A stretch of 63,837 nucleotides of DNA, the filler included, from Candidatus Rokuibacteriota bacterium (GTDB lineage: Bacteria; JAUVQV01; DATDCY01), in the NCBI GenBank assembly GCA_031406795.1. It is 7 parts of 7 records of this genome, joined end to end, with 100 filler letters (N's around TTAATTAATTAA, not from the genome) between each part and the next. Parts side by side here need not be neighbours in the genome. Positions count along the whole stretch, not along the records: positions 1 to 16,711 come from JANOHV010000086.1; 6 more parts are not named here. One strand, given 5' to 3'. Shown piece after piece: positions 1 to 7,622 of this stretch. The position numbers and the translations under genes were made by a program. The notes beneath the pieces were generated by a model. That model ran no database searches. It had not been told where the DNA came from and saw nothing but the letters and a program-made list of their open reading frames with translations. Position 1 is the stretch's first letter. Each line of letters begins with the position of its first letter.

Positions 1-1
1 C

Positions 2-43
2 GCCGCGATCCTGAGCAACCTCCAGGCGAAGGGCTCAGCGTGA
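2..43 (+). pseudogene. fcl: GDP-L-fucose synthase N-terminal fragment (AAILSNLQAKG)
   Basis: Translation matches the Fcl segment after HRGLVG (xAILxNLQxKG) and stops after a few codons; the same segment recurs at 4613-4657. Confidence 0.55.
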
Positions 44-270
44 TGATTCGAACGAACCGCCTCGACGCCGGACAGATCGAGGTCATGGACCCGGAGATGG
101 TGCAGGTTCTGCGCCGGAAGACACCCGCCGAGCGCCTGCAAAATTCCTTCGCGCTCTGGGAGTCAGCGTGCTCCATGCTCCAGGCCCACCTCTCGCACAC
201 TCATCGCAATTGGACGCCGGAGCACGTCCGGCGCGAAGTCGCTCACAGGATGTCGCATGGGGCCGTCTGA
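43..270 (+). CDS. Small TPAERL-motif protein, putative antitoxin partner of a nucleotidyltransferase
   Basis: 75 aa with RKTPAERL motif; overlaps the downstream NTase-like ORF. Confidence 0.6.
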   Translation: MIRTNRLDAGQIEVMDPEMVQVLRRKTPAERLQNSFALWESACSMLQAHLSHTHRNWTPEHVRREVAHRMSHGAV

Positions 271-454
271 ACTTTTCGAAATCAAAAAGATGGAATACTA
301 CCGTGAAGGCGGGTCCGAGAAGCACCTTCGGGACATCACGGGGATCCTCCTGACGACGGGCGCCGATGTCGAGCGCCCCTACATCGAGCACTGGGCGCAG
401 CAGCTCGGCCTGGGCGAGATCTGGGATGCCATCGAAAAGAAGTTGCGATCGTGA
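257..454 (+). pseudogene. Internally deleted nucleotidyltransferase (DUF6036-like)
   Basis: N-terminal MGPSEL joined directly to the typical C-terminal KMEYYREGGSEKHLRDI...YIEHWAQQLGL; catalytic GG...DxD core absent. Confidence 0.55.
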
Positions 455-460
455 CCACGA

Positions 461-521
461 TGAACCCGCCACGAGGCTCGGTTCTCGACAATCCCCTGCG
501 ATGGGGACCGGCGGTAGCGAT
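461..521 (+). repeat. Hairpin+ops linker repeat, copy 1
   Basis: TGAAC at 461, TCCCCTGCGATGGGGA hairpin, GGCGGTAG at 510-517. Confidence 0.85.
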
Positions 522-598
522 GCCCCGGAGACTTCGAGCGGCAGGGCTATGCACTTGATTCAACTGCTCCCTGAGGTCGCGCAGGATTGCCTCGGCAC

Positions 599-682
599 GT
601 CATTGCGAGGAGCGAAGCGACGCGGCAATCTGACGAAATCGGCTTTCGTTTCGTGAGATTGCTTCGCTTCGCTCGCAATGAC
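599..682. repeat. REP-like palindromic element
   Basis: GTCATTGCGAGGAGCGAAGCGACGCGGCAATCT ... AGATTGCTTCGCTTCGCTCGCAATGAC inverted arms. Confidence 0.8.
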
Positions 683-720
683 TTTGTGAGGTTGAGTCAA
701 GTGCACAGCCCTATTGAGCG

Positions 721-1032
721 ATGAAGCCCGCCCCCGTGAAGCGCCTCCCCCGTTTTGTCGCCCCCGCCTTCTGGGACCGGCGGTTCGGAGCCCTCTCCTG
801 GGAGCGCGACCGCGATTTCATCGTCCGCCGGCTGTTGGAGGCCGGGGACTGGCGCAGCGTCACCTGGCTGCGGGCCGCCCTGGGCGACGGTGGCCTGCGC
901 GCCTGGCTGACGGACCCCGCCCGGCGCCCCGGAGGATTGTCGCGCCGGCAGATCCGCTTCTGGGAAATCGTGCTCGACGTCCCACTCGGGCGCCTGCTCG
1001 AGGATGCGCGGAGGTCGCCATGGCCGCACTGA
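721..1032 (+). CDS. DUF6922-like antitoxin
   Basis: FWD...FIVRRLLEAGDW...RFW pattern; overlaps the AbiEii gene. Confidence 0.7.
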   Translation: MKPAPVKRLPRFVAPAFWDRRFGALSWERDRDFIVRRLLEAGDWRSVTWLRAALGDGGLRAWLTDPARRPGGLSRRQIRFWEIVLDVPLGRLLEDARRSPWPH

Positions 1033-1670
1033 TCGGCCCCGGGCGCTGGCACCCGGAGGTCATGACAAGAGCGCAAGCCGGGGTTCTCGCCCGGCTCGGC
1101 CCGGTTGCCGCCGCCGAGGGTTTCTACCTGGCGGGCGGTACGGCGCTTGCGCTGCACTACGGACATCGGCGCTCGGTCGACCTGGATTGGTTTTCGCCTC
1201 ACCCCATCGAGGATCCCCTGGGCCTGGCGGCCCGCATACGGGACAGCGGCATCAGGCTCGAAGTCTCGAGCGTCTCCCGGGGCACCCTGCACGCCCGGGT
1301 CAATCGCGTGCGAGTGAGCTTTCTGGAATTCAGGTATCCGCTGCTGACGAGGACGATGAGCTGGCCCGAGGCCCGGTGCCCCATTGCAGGCATTCGGGAC
1401 ATCGCCTGCATGAAACTCGCCGCGATCGCCCAGCGCGGGTCCCGGAAGGATTTCGTCGACCTCTGGGCATTGCTCGCCCACCGGCGGCGCCTGCCCGCCA
1501 TGCTGACCGACTACCGAAAGAAGTTCTCGGTGAACGACATCTCGTCCGTCATTTATGGTCTGTGCTACTTCGACGACGCCGAGGCCGAGCCGCTGCCGAT
1601 CATGCTTGCCCCGGCAGGGTGGCCGGAGATCCGCGCCGGCGTCACCGCGGCGTTGAAGAAGATTCTGTGA
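1020..1670 (+). CDS. AbiEii/AbiGii-family nucleotidyltransferase toxin (type IV TA)
   Basis: FYLAGGTALALHYGHRRSVDLDWF and MKLAAIAQRGSRKDFVDL motifs; RBS GGAGG before ATG 1020. Confidence 0.85.
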   Translation: MAALIGPGRWHPEVMTRAQAGVLARLGPVAAAEGFYLAGGTALALHYGHRRSVDLDWFSPHPIEDPLGLAARIRDSGIRLEVSSVSRGTLHARVNRVRVSFLEFRYPLLTRTMSWPEARCPIAGIRDIACMKLAAIAQRGSRKDFVDLWALLAHRRRLPAMLTDYRKKFSVNDISSVIYGLCYFDDAEAEPLPIMLAPAGWPEIRAGVTAALKKIL

Positions 1671-1822
1671 TTACCGTCCGGGGCGATGACCGGATGGAGG
1701 TAGTCGTTGTCGGAGGGTCGGTGAGGGACCTCAAAGGTGCCTTGCCGAAGCCGAGGAAGGTGTTGTCGCTCGAGGAGATGGACCTCGCGATCGCGAAGGG
1801 AGCCAGGAGAGCCGGACGGTGA
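1667..1822 (+). pseudogene. 5'-truncated AbrB/MazE-type (VapB) antitoxin
   Basis: SVRDLKGALPKPRKVLSLEEMDLAIAKG is a typical C-terminus; DNA-binding N-terminus missing; GTGA overlap with vapC. Confidence 0.6.
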
Positions 1823-2223
1823 TCGCGCTGGACACGAACGTGCTGCTGCGCTACATCGTTCGGGACGACGCCCGCCAAGCCGCCGCTGCAACGAAGCTCA
1901 TCGAATCGTCCTGCAAACCGGACTCCCCGGGAGTGATCGCACTCGTGGTGATGTGCGAGTTGGTCTGGGTTCTCGAGAGCGGTTACCGCTATCGGCGAGA
2001 ACAGGTCGCGGGGATTCTGAGGAAGGTTCTTGGTTCGCAGGACCTGCGGGTGGAGCGTTCGGACCTGGCTTGGCAGGCCCCCAATCGCTACGAGGTCGGC
2101 CCGGCGGACTATGCCGATTACGTGATCGGGCTGTGCGGAAGAGAGGAATCGGCGGACGCCACCTGGACGTTCGATCGTCGTGCAGCGGGCAGCCCCCTGT
2201 TCAAGGTGCTTTCCGGGAACTAA
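1819..2223 (+). CDS. vapC: PIN-domain VapC toxin
   Basis: IALDTNVLLRY...ELVWVL...DYADYVI...TFDR PIN motifs. Confidence 0.9.
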   Translation: MIALDTNVLLRYIVRDDARQAAAATKLIESSCKPDSPGVIALVVMCELVWVLESGYRYRREQVAGILRKVLGSQDLRVERSDLAWQAPNRYEVGPADYADYVIGLCGREESADATWTFDRRAAGSPLFKVLSGN

Positions 2224-2348
2224 CAGATGCTGACAAGGAAACAGCTTTGAAGACAATCGCCAGGATTGTGGAATGTGACGCAGACCGTCAGCTAACCCAT
2301 GAATAAAGTTTATAATTTATCAACAATGCCGTATCCTTGTTCGCAGAG

Positions 2349-2410
2349 TGAACGCATCCTTAGGACGCGCTTGCCGGCAGTCCCCTGCGATGGGGCCCGG
2401 CGGTAGCTTG
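2349..2410 (+). repeat. Hairpin+ops linker repeat, copy 2
   Basis: TGAAC 2349; CCGGCAGTCCCCTGCGATGGGGCCCGG; GGCGGTAG at 2399-2406. Confidence 0.9.
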
Positions 2411-2466
2411 TGAGCAACCGGGAATTCCTCTTTGAGACCGAGCGCCCCGAATACGTCTTCCTCATG
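2410..2466 (+). pseudogene. fcl: fcl internal fragment (FLFETERPEYVFL)
   Basis: Matches Fcl FFxxERPEYVFLAAA; repeated at 4424, 9092 and 9886. Confidence 0.7.
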
Positions 2467-2483
2467 GGGGCGGGTAAGCCACC

Positions 2484-2870
2484 GTGGACGTAGACAAACA
2501 GATTGATTACTGGCGCAGGAGCGCGCTCGAAGACCTCGATGCAGCGCAAGCCTTGGTCAAGCTGGGCAAGTACCGTCATGGGCTCTTCCTGGCCCACCTG
2601 TCCCTCGAGAAAATGCTCAAAGCCCATGTCTGTCGAATGACTGGCGATCTCCCGCCACGGATTCACCGATTGACCGCACTCGCCGAAAAGGCAGGCCTGA
2701 AACCCACCCGCCGCAGATCGATCTTCCTCGGTCACTTCGACCTCTACCAGTTGGAAGGGCGTTATCCGGATCCTTCTGCGGTGCCGGTTCCGGCCGCAGA
2801 ATGCCTGCGGGAAATGAAAAAGGCGGAGGATGTGCTGAAATGGTTGACAGAAAGATTGCTCAAACCATAA
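2484..2870 (+). CDS. HEPN-domain protein (HEPN/MNT TA)
   Basis: DLDAAQAL...FLAHLSLEKMLKA...RIHRL...RYP. Confidence 0.85.
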   Translation: MDVDKQIDYWRRSALEDLDAAQALVKLGKYRHGLFLAHLSLEKMLKAHVCRMTGDLPPRIHRLTALAEKAGLKPTRRRSIFLGHFDLYQLEGRYPDPSAVPVPAAECLREMKKAEDVLKWLTERLLKP

Positions 2871-3166
2871 GACATTTTATCCGTGAGGCCAAATCTGCGG
2901 GAATCCACGTGGAAAGCGTATTGCTCTACGGGTCGTACGCCAAAGGGACTGCCGGAGTCGATAGCGACATCGATTTGGCGGTCATCGCGCCTGAATTCGA
3001 TCGCAAGGGAAGCCGTGCGTGGGTACGAAAGCTCTGGGCCCTGCGCGCAATAACTGACAACCGCATAGAACCGCTCGCGGTTGGCCGTACCCAGTGGCTT
3101 GAGGACCAGGGATCGCCGATCATAGAGATTGTGCGGCGTGAAGGGATTTCGATCGCTTTGCGATGA
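2840..3166 (+). CDS. Minimal nucleotidyltransferase (MNT)
   Basis: LYGSYAKG...DSDIDLAVI motif; overlaps the HEPN gene. Confidence 0.85.
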   Translation: MVDRKIAQTIRHFIREAKSAGIHVESVLLYGSYAKGTAGVDSDIDLAVIAPEFDRKGSRAWVRKLWALRAITDNRIEPLAVGRTQWLEDQGSPIIEIVRREGISIALR

Positions 3167-3180
3167 AAAGGAAGAAGGCT

Positions 3181-3267
3181 ATGTGCAACATAAACGCCAA
3201 AATCTACATCGCCGGCCACCGCGGCCTCGTCGGCGGCGCCCACCACCGCCTCCTGGTCGGGGCCTGA
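3181..3267 (+). pseudogene. fcl: fcl N-terminal fragment (MCNINAKIYIAGHRGLVGGA)
   Basis: Characteristic Fcl start KIYIAGHRGLVG followed by a stop after 28 codons. Confidence 0.8.
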
Positions 3268-3348
3268 GCAGGCCAAGGGCGATCTCGAGGTTCTCATATG
3301 AGCAGGTCGATCCAGTTTTCAAGACACTCACGCCGAAGAATGCGGCTC

Positions 3349-3451
3349 TATGATATCGTGGAACAAGATATTGAAAATTGTGTTTGTTGAAGAAGCGGGT
3401 TCGGTTACGGTTGCTACAACCTACCCGGTGAAAAAGGAGCGGAGCCAATGA
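3349..3451 (+). pseudogene. DUF4258-like toxin C-terminal remnant
   Basis: KILKIVFVEEAGSVTVATTYP; ATGA overlap with the DUF2283 gene. Confidence 0.5.
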
Positions 3452-3666
3452 AAATCCGTTACGACGACCAAGTCGACACCGCATACATTCAGCTTTCCGA
3501 TCTTGTCCCTTCCGGCGTCATAGAGCTTGCCGCGGAGGCCAACCTCGATGTTACCGAGGATGGGGCTGTGGTAGGAATCGAAATACTGGATGCCTCGAAA
3601 AAATTCCCTCTTGAAACTCTTTTTCGGTGCGAGTATGAGCCTGAGATGTTTCTGAGCCATCATTGA
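3448..3666 (+). CDS. DUF2283-family protein
   Basis: MKIRYDDQVDTAYIQL...DG.VVGIEILDASK. Confidence 0.85.
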   Translation: MKIRYDDQVDTAYIQLSDLVPSGVIELAAEANLDVTEDGAVVGIEILDASKKFPLETLFRCEYEPEMFLSHH

Positions 3667-3680
3667 CTACCGACGCTCTG

Positions 3681-3742
3681 TGAACGCACCTTCTGTACCC
3701 GCTTTCCGGCAGTCCCCTGCGATGGGGACCGGCGGTAGCCTG
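3681..3742 (+). repeat. Hairpin+ops linker repeat, copy 3
   Basis: TGAAC 3681; GGCGGTAGCCTG at 3731-3742 fits GGCGGTAGnnTG exactly. Confidence 0.9.
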
Positions 3743-3778
3743 TTGAAGCGCCGCATCTCCGTCGTCGGCCTCGGCCAT
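3743..3778 (+). pseudogene. UDP-sugar dehydrogenase (Ugd/WbpO/TviB-type) N-terminal fragment
   Basis: TTG-KRRISVVGLG is the start of the Rossmann VVGLGYVG motif; first 27 nt identical at 7001. Confidence 0.65.
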
Positions 3779-3806
3779 GACCGCACCGGTGAAGTCGCGT
3801 CTGCCA

Positions 3807-4132
3807 ATGGCTGACACTTTAGAAAAGATCCAAGATCACTTCATCAGCGAAAGAGTCTTCTATTCCCGCCACGCGAAGTCAGAGATGCAACTCGAGGAGT
3901 TTGGAGAAATCTTGGACCGCGAGGTGGCTGAGGCCGTGGCTTCGGGGAGGATTATCGAGGATTACCCAGATGACTCTCCCTACCCGAGCTGCCTCATTTT
4001 CGGGACGACGGACGCAGGTCGTCCGATCCACATGGTATGGCCCATAGTGCGGAAGAGAATTTTACGATTATTGTGACGGTGTACCATCCCGATCCGCAAC
4101 GCTGGATCGGTTACGAAAGGAGGCTCCCATGA
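3807..4132 (+). pseudogene. DUF4258-family putative toxin, frameshifted near 4039
   Basis: IIEDYPDD.PYPSCLIFG...RPIH in one frame; IVTVYHPDPQRW..YERR continues in another. Confidence 0.75.
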
Positions 4133-4365
4133 AGTGCGTGGTGTGCCACAGTCCAGATATCGTCGAGAAGCGCGTCGATGAGGAGATCCGGATCGGCGAC
4201 AACATCTTCCTCGTGGACGTCGAAGCCCTCTCGTGCAAAAACTGTGGAGAGAGTTACTTCGACAGGAAAGCGATGCGGAAGATTGAAGAGGCGCGAACCA
4301 GACTCAGGGAACATTCAGTGACTTTCCAGGAGGTTGGCAAGGTTTTTCGAGCGTGTGTCGCTTGA
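4129..4365 (+). CDS. YgiT-type (MqsA-like) zinc-finger antitoxin
   Basis: MKCVVC...CKNCGESYF. Confidence 0.85.
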   Translation: MKCVVCHSPDIVEKRVDEEIRIGDNIFLVDVEALSCKNCGESYFDRKAMRKIEEARTRLREHSVTFQEVGKVFRACVA

Positions 4366-4424
4366 ACACGCCTTCTGAACGTACTTTCCGGCTGTCCCCT
4401 GCGATGGGGACCGGCGGTAGCTCG
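4363..4424 (+). repeat. Hairpin+ops linker repeat, copy 4
   Basis: TGAAC 4363 supplies the upstream stop codon; GGCGGTAG at 4413-4420. Confidence 0.9.
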
Positions 4425-4660
4425 TGAGCAATCGGAAATTCTTCTTCGAGCCCGAGCGCCCCGAATACCTCTTCCCCCCCCCGGCCAAGGTCGGCGGCAC
4501 CCACGCCAACAACACCTGGCCGGCGGAGAGATTGTTCCCGATTGACCAGCTCTACAACGTCGCCGTGAACGCCCGCACCACGCCGCTGGAACTGTTCACG
4601 CTGCTGCGCGACGGTCTCGCCGGCCCCGCGAGCTTGCGCAACTTGCAGGCGAAGAGGTAG
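4424..4660 (+). pseudogene. Mosaic of fcl internal, WbpP-like epimerase and fcl N-terminal fragments
   Basis: FFEPERPEYLF..AKVGGTHANNTWPAE (Fcl), DQLYNVAVNARTT.LELF.LLRDGL (WbpP-like), GLAGPASLRNLQAK (Fcl). Confidence 0.7.
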
Positions 4661-4692
4661 GCCGTCATATTTAATACATATTGTAAGTGCAG

Positions 4693-4728
4693 TTGACAAT
4701 GTGTACCGAAATGTATAACTTGTTGATA
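4693..4728 (+). promoter_or_regulatory. sigma70-like promoter overlapping an IHF-like site; probable leaderless start
   Basis: TTGACA at 4693; TATAAC/TAACTT at 4714-4721; TAACTTGTTGATA fits YAAnnnnTTGATW; ATG at 4728. Confidence 0.5.
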
Positions 4729-5923
4729 TGATAGCGAGAAGTTCAACGGCAACGCTGCACCGATTGGCCCGCGGCTTTCCTATCGTCGCGATCACCGGCC
4801 CGCGACAGTCCGGCAAGACGACCCTCGGCGGCAGTCCTTCCCCGACAAATCCTACCTGTCGCTGGAAGACCCGGACATTCTCGCTCTGGCCGAATCCGAC
4901 CCGCGCGGTCTCCTGGCAGCCCACCCGCTCGGCGCTATCATCGACGAGGCGCAGCGCGCCCCGCAGTTCTTCTCGTATCTGCAGACCCGCGTCGATGAGA
5001 AAGGCGCACCCGGGGCGTGGATCCTCACTGGTTCGCAGCAATTCGGGTTGCTCTCGGGGATAACCCAGTCTCTGGCGGGCCGGGTGGGTCTGCTCCAACT
5101 CCTCCCTTTCTCGCTCTCCGAGCTGCGCGATGCGGTCCGTCCTCTTGCCACGCTCGACGAGTATTTAGTGCAGGGCTTCTACCCCCCGCTGTACGACCGC
5201 CTGGTTTCCTCCAGCGACTGGTTCGCCGCCTACATCGCCACTTATGTCGAGCGCGATCTGCGCCAGCTGATCAATGTGCGCGACCTCTCTGCCTTCCAGA
5301 GATTCGTGAAGATGTGCGCCGCCCGCACCGGGCAATTGCTCAACCTTTCCGCTCTTGCGGCGGACTGCGGCATCAGCCACAACACCGCCGCCGCCTGGAT
5401 CTCGGTGCTCGAGGCAAGCTACATCATTCACCTGTTGCGCCCGCACTATCGCAACTTCAACAAGCGCATCGTGAAGACCCCCAAGCTCTACTTCTGCGAC
5501 GTGGGGCTGGCCGCCTGGCTGCTGGGGGTGCGGGAACCGGAGCAGGCTCGTTTTCACGCGCAGCGAGGGGCGCTCTTCGAGACGCTCGTGGTCAACGAGT
5601 TCCTGAAGCAGAGACTGAACGACGGTCAGCCGACAAACCTGTTCTTCTGGCGCGACAGCAAGGGGCTGGAGATCGACCTGCTGCTCGAGAACGGCGACGA
5701 CCTGACGCCGGTCGAGATCAAGTCGGGGCAGACCATCGTCCCGGATTTCTTCACGGGACTGAAGCAGTGGCTGGCGCTCTCGGGAACCCCCGTTCACCCC
5801 GCCTGGCTGATCTACGGCGGCGAACGCGAGCACCGGCGTGATTCCGTCGCGATCATCCCGTGGAACTTTCTTCCTGCCCAATTGCCCATGATACCTTCCC
5901 GCGAGCTCCGCGAACTTGCGTAA
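4728..5923 (+). pseudogene. AAA_14/DUF4143 ATPase with a frameshift near 4827
   Basis: GPRQSGKTT in one frame; IIDEAQ, TGS, KTPKLYF.D.GL and EIDL...EIKS in another. Confidence 0.85.
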
Positions 5924-5930
5924 CTTACCG

Positions 5931-5943
5931 TAATTACTTGATA
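5931..5943. promoter_or_regulatory. IHF consensus site
   Basis: TAATTACTTGATA is the reverse complement of WATCAAnnnnTTR; 46 nt before the repeat TGAAC, as at 6892. Confidence 0.55.
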
Positions 5944-5976
5944 ATTATTCTGTGAACCAATATTGTTTTTACACCG

Positions 5977-6039
5977 TGAACGCAGCCACCGCTGTCCGTT
6001 TTCCGGCAGTCCCCGGTGATGGGGACCGGCGGTAGCTTG
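5977..6039 (+). repeat. Hairpin+ops linker repeat, copy 5
   Basis: CCGGCAGTCCCCGGTGATGGGGACCGG; GGCGGTAG at 6028-6035. Confidence 0.9.
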
Positions 6040-6287
6040 TGAATATTCCGAACCCGGCGCATCCCCGGAGGCAATCAGCGACACAACCCGCCCCGGTGAC
6101 GCACCGCCCGCCGGGAAGCGACCGAGCTATCCGTGGGTCACGCGCCATCGAAAGCTCGCGCGCCGCTCGCGAGAGCGTGGAACTGCAGATGACGCCCGCG
6201 GAACGGCTGACGCTCGCGCTGGAGCTCTCCGACCTGTGCGAGGAACTGGCTGCCGCGGGACGATCCACGCTTGAGGAACAGGCGTGA
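6039..6287 (+). CDS. Small TPAERL-motif protein, putative antitoxin (start uncertain)
   Basis: MTPAERLTLALELSDL motif; GTGA overlap with the NTase gene. Confidence 0.5.
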   Translation: MNIPNPAHPRRQSATQPAPVTHRPPGSDRAIRGSRAIESSRAARESVELQMTPAERLTLALELSDLCEELAAAGRSTLEEQA

Positions 6288-6810
6288 CCCGCGCAGAAGT
6301 TCTGCGGACCGTCGCTGCCGACCTCAATGAGCTGGTCGAGGCAGGGACGCTGGGACGCTGGGACGCTGGGCGTTGTGCGGCGGGCTCGCGCTCGCTGTCT
6401 GGGGCGCGCCGCGGGCGACGCTGGACATCGACGTCCTCGCCGACCTTGCGGAAGGCCGTCCCGCCGCCTGGGTCGCCGAAGCGCTCGTTCTCAAGGGGTG
6501 GACCCTCATCGATCACGCCCGCCACCCCGGCGACCCGGTTCCGGAGCTGCTGCGGATGACGCGCGGCGGTGTCGGCGTCGATATCCTGATCGCCCATCGC
6601 ACCTGGGAAGCCGCCATGCTTGAGGAAGCCTCGATCGTGCCCTGGCAGGGGGTCGGCGTCCCGAGCGTGCGGGTCGAGGCGCTGGCTGCGATGAAGCTCC
6701 GCGCCGGAGGCCCGCAGGACCTCGTGGATGCCGGCCGTCTGGAGGCATTGCCGGATTTCGACCGCGGGCGCTTCACCGCATGGAAGAAGAGACTCCGGGT
6801 GCGGGATTAG
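6284..6810 (+). pseudogene. Nucleotidyltransferase frameshifted by an extra 8-bp repeat unit
   Basis: GGLALAVWGAPRATLDIDVL and MKLRAGGPQDLVD motifs; (GGGACGCT)x3 at 6344-6367. Confidence 0.75.
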
Positions 6811-6816
6811 CAAGCA

Positions 6817-6867
6817 ATGGACAAGAACGCCAAGATTTCCATCGCCGGCCACCGCGGCCTCTTTTGA
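6817..6867 (+). pseudogene. fcl: fcl N-terminal fragment (MDKNAKISIAGHRGL)
   Basis: Fcl start motif followed by a stop. Confidence 0.8.
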
Positions 6868-6891
6868 TCCGCTAACTCGCCTAACTTGTCG

Positions 6892-6934
6892 TAATTCCTT
6901 GATTATTCTCCTATGATACGGTATTCCAATTGCA
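6892..6934 (+). promoter_or_regulatory. IHF site plus sigma54-like -24/-12 promoter
   Basis: TAATTCCTTGATT at 6892-6904; GG(6920-6921)-N10-GC within CGGTATTCCAATTGCA. Confidence 0.5.
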
Positions 6935-6937
6935 CCG

Positions 6938-7000
6938 TGAACGCAGCCACCGCTGTCCGTTTTCCGGCTGTTCCCTGCGATGGGGACCGGCCGTAGCGTG
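6938..7000 (+). repeat. Hairpin+ops linker repeat, copy 6
   Basis: GGCCGTAGCGTG at 6989-7000 has one mismatch to GGCGGTAGCGTG. Confidence 0.9.
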
Positions 7001-7028
7001 TTGAAGCGCCGCATCTCCGTCGTCGGCT
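7001..7028 (+). pseudogene. UDP-sugar dehydrogenase N-terminal fragment (LKRRISVVG)
   Basis: First 27 nt identical to 3743-3769. Confidence 0.6.
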
Positions 7029-7091
7029 TCAACGGTCAGCCCTTTCTCAACATCTCGAACACCTGGATGCAGAAACTTATCGGAGTTCGCG

Positions 7092-7364
7092 ATGCGGATT
7101 GAGTGGGATCCGAACAAGGCGCGCACGAATCATCTGAAGCATGGAGTATCCTTCGAGGAAGCGGCTACTGCGCTGAGGGATTGCATGTCTAAGACGGGCG
7201 CCGATCCGGACCATTCCATCGGCGAGCATCGTTATATCACTTTTGGTTTATCGGAGAAGGGAAGACTCCTCGTGATCTCCCATACTGACGAGGGCGATCG
7301 AATCAGGATCATCAGTGCCCGAACGGCGGGCAGGGGGGAGCGGAAAATCTATGAAGAAGGATAG
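7092..7364 (+). CDS. brnT: BrnT-family toxin
   Basis: EWDPNKARTNHLKHGVSFEEA...IRIISAR. Confidence 0.9.
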   Translation: MRIEWDPNKARTNHLKHGVSFEEAATALRDCMSKTGADPDHSIGEHRYITFGLSEKGRLLVISHTDEGDRIRIISARTAGRGERKIYEEG

Positions 7365-7611
7365 CATTTCCAAGGTTGCGGAACAGCGCGCTCAGTATAA
7401 GTTGTCGGATTTTTCCAGTCCGATGGTGCGGGGGAAGTATGCCAAGCGTATCCAGGAGTCGTCGAACGTCGTCGTTTTAAAGCCCGAAGTTGCCGAAGCC
7501 TTCCCGAACGCGGATGCAGTCAACAAGGCGCTGCTCTCCCTTATCAAGATTGCAAGAACCTGCACTCACGCTGATGAACACCATGGCCGGCGAGCGAAAG
7601 CGCGCGGGTGA
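7351..7611 (+). CDS. BrnA-like antitoxin
   Basis: RGKYA...VVLKPEVAEAFPNADAVNKAL; stop codon lies in a partial linker repeat (GTGAACGCAGCCACC, 7608-7622). Confidence 0.75.
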   Translation: MKKDSISKVAEQRAQYKLSDFSSPMVRGKYAKRIQESSNVVVLKPEVAEAFPNADAVNKALLSLIKIARTCTHADEHHGRRAKARG

Positions 7612-7622
7612 ACGCAGCCACC

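Noticed and set aside
2228-2306. Possible MNT N-terminal remnant (DKETALKTIARIVE)
   Set aside because: Too short and frameshifted to support a call.
461-7000. Linker repeats as integron attC sites
   Set aside because: No consistent RYYYAAC...GTTRRRY pair (GTT follows only copies 3 and 6), the ends are not complementary, and no intI gene is in view.
461-7000. Linker repeats as a CRISPR array
   Set aside because: Spacing is 0.7-1.9 kb with whole genes in between, the copies are degenerate, and there are no cas genes.
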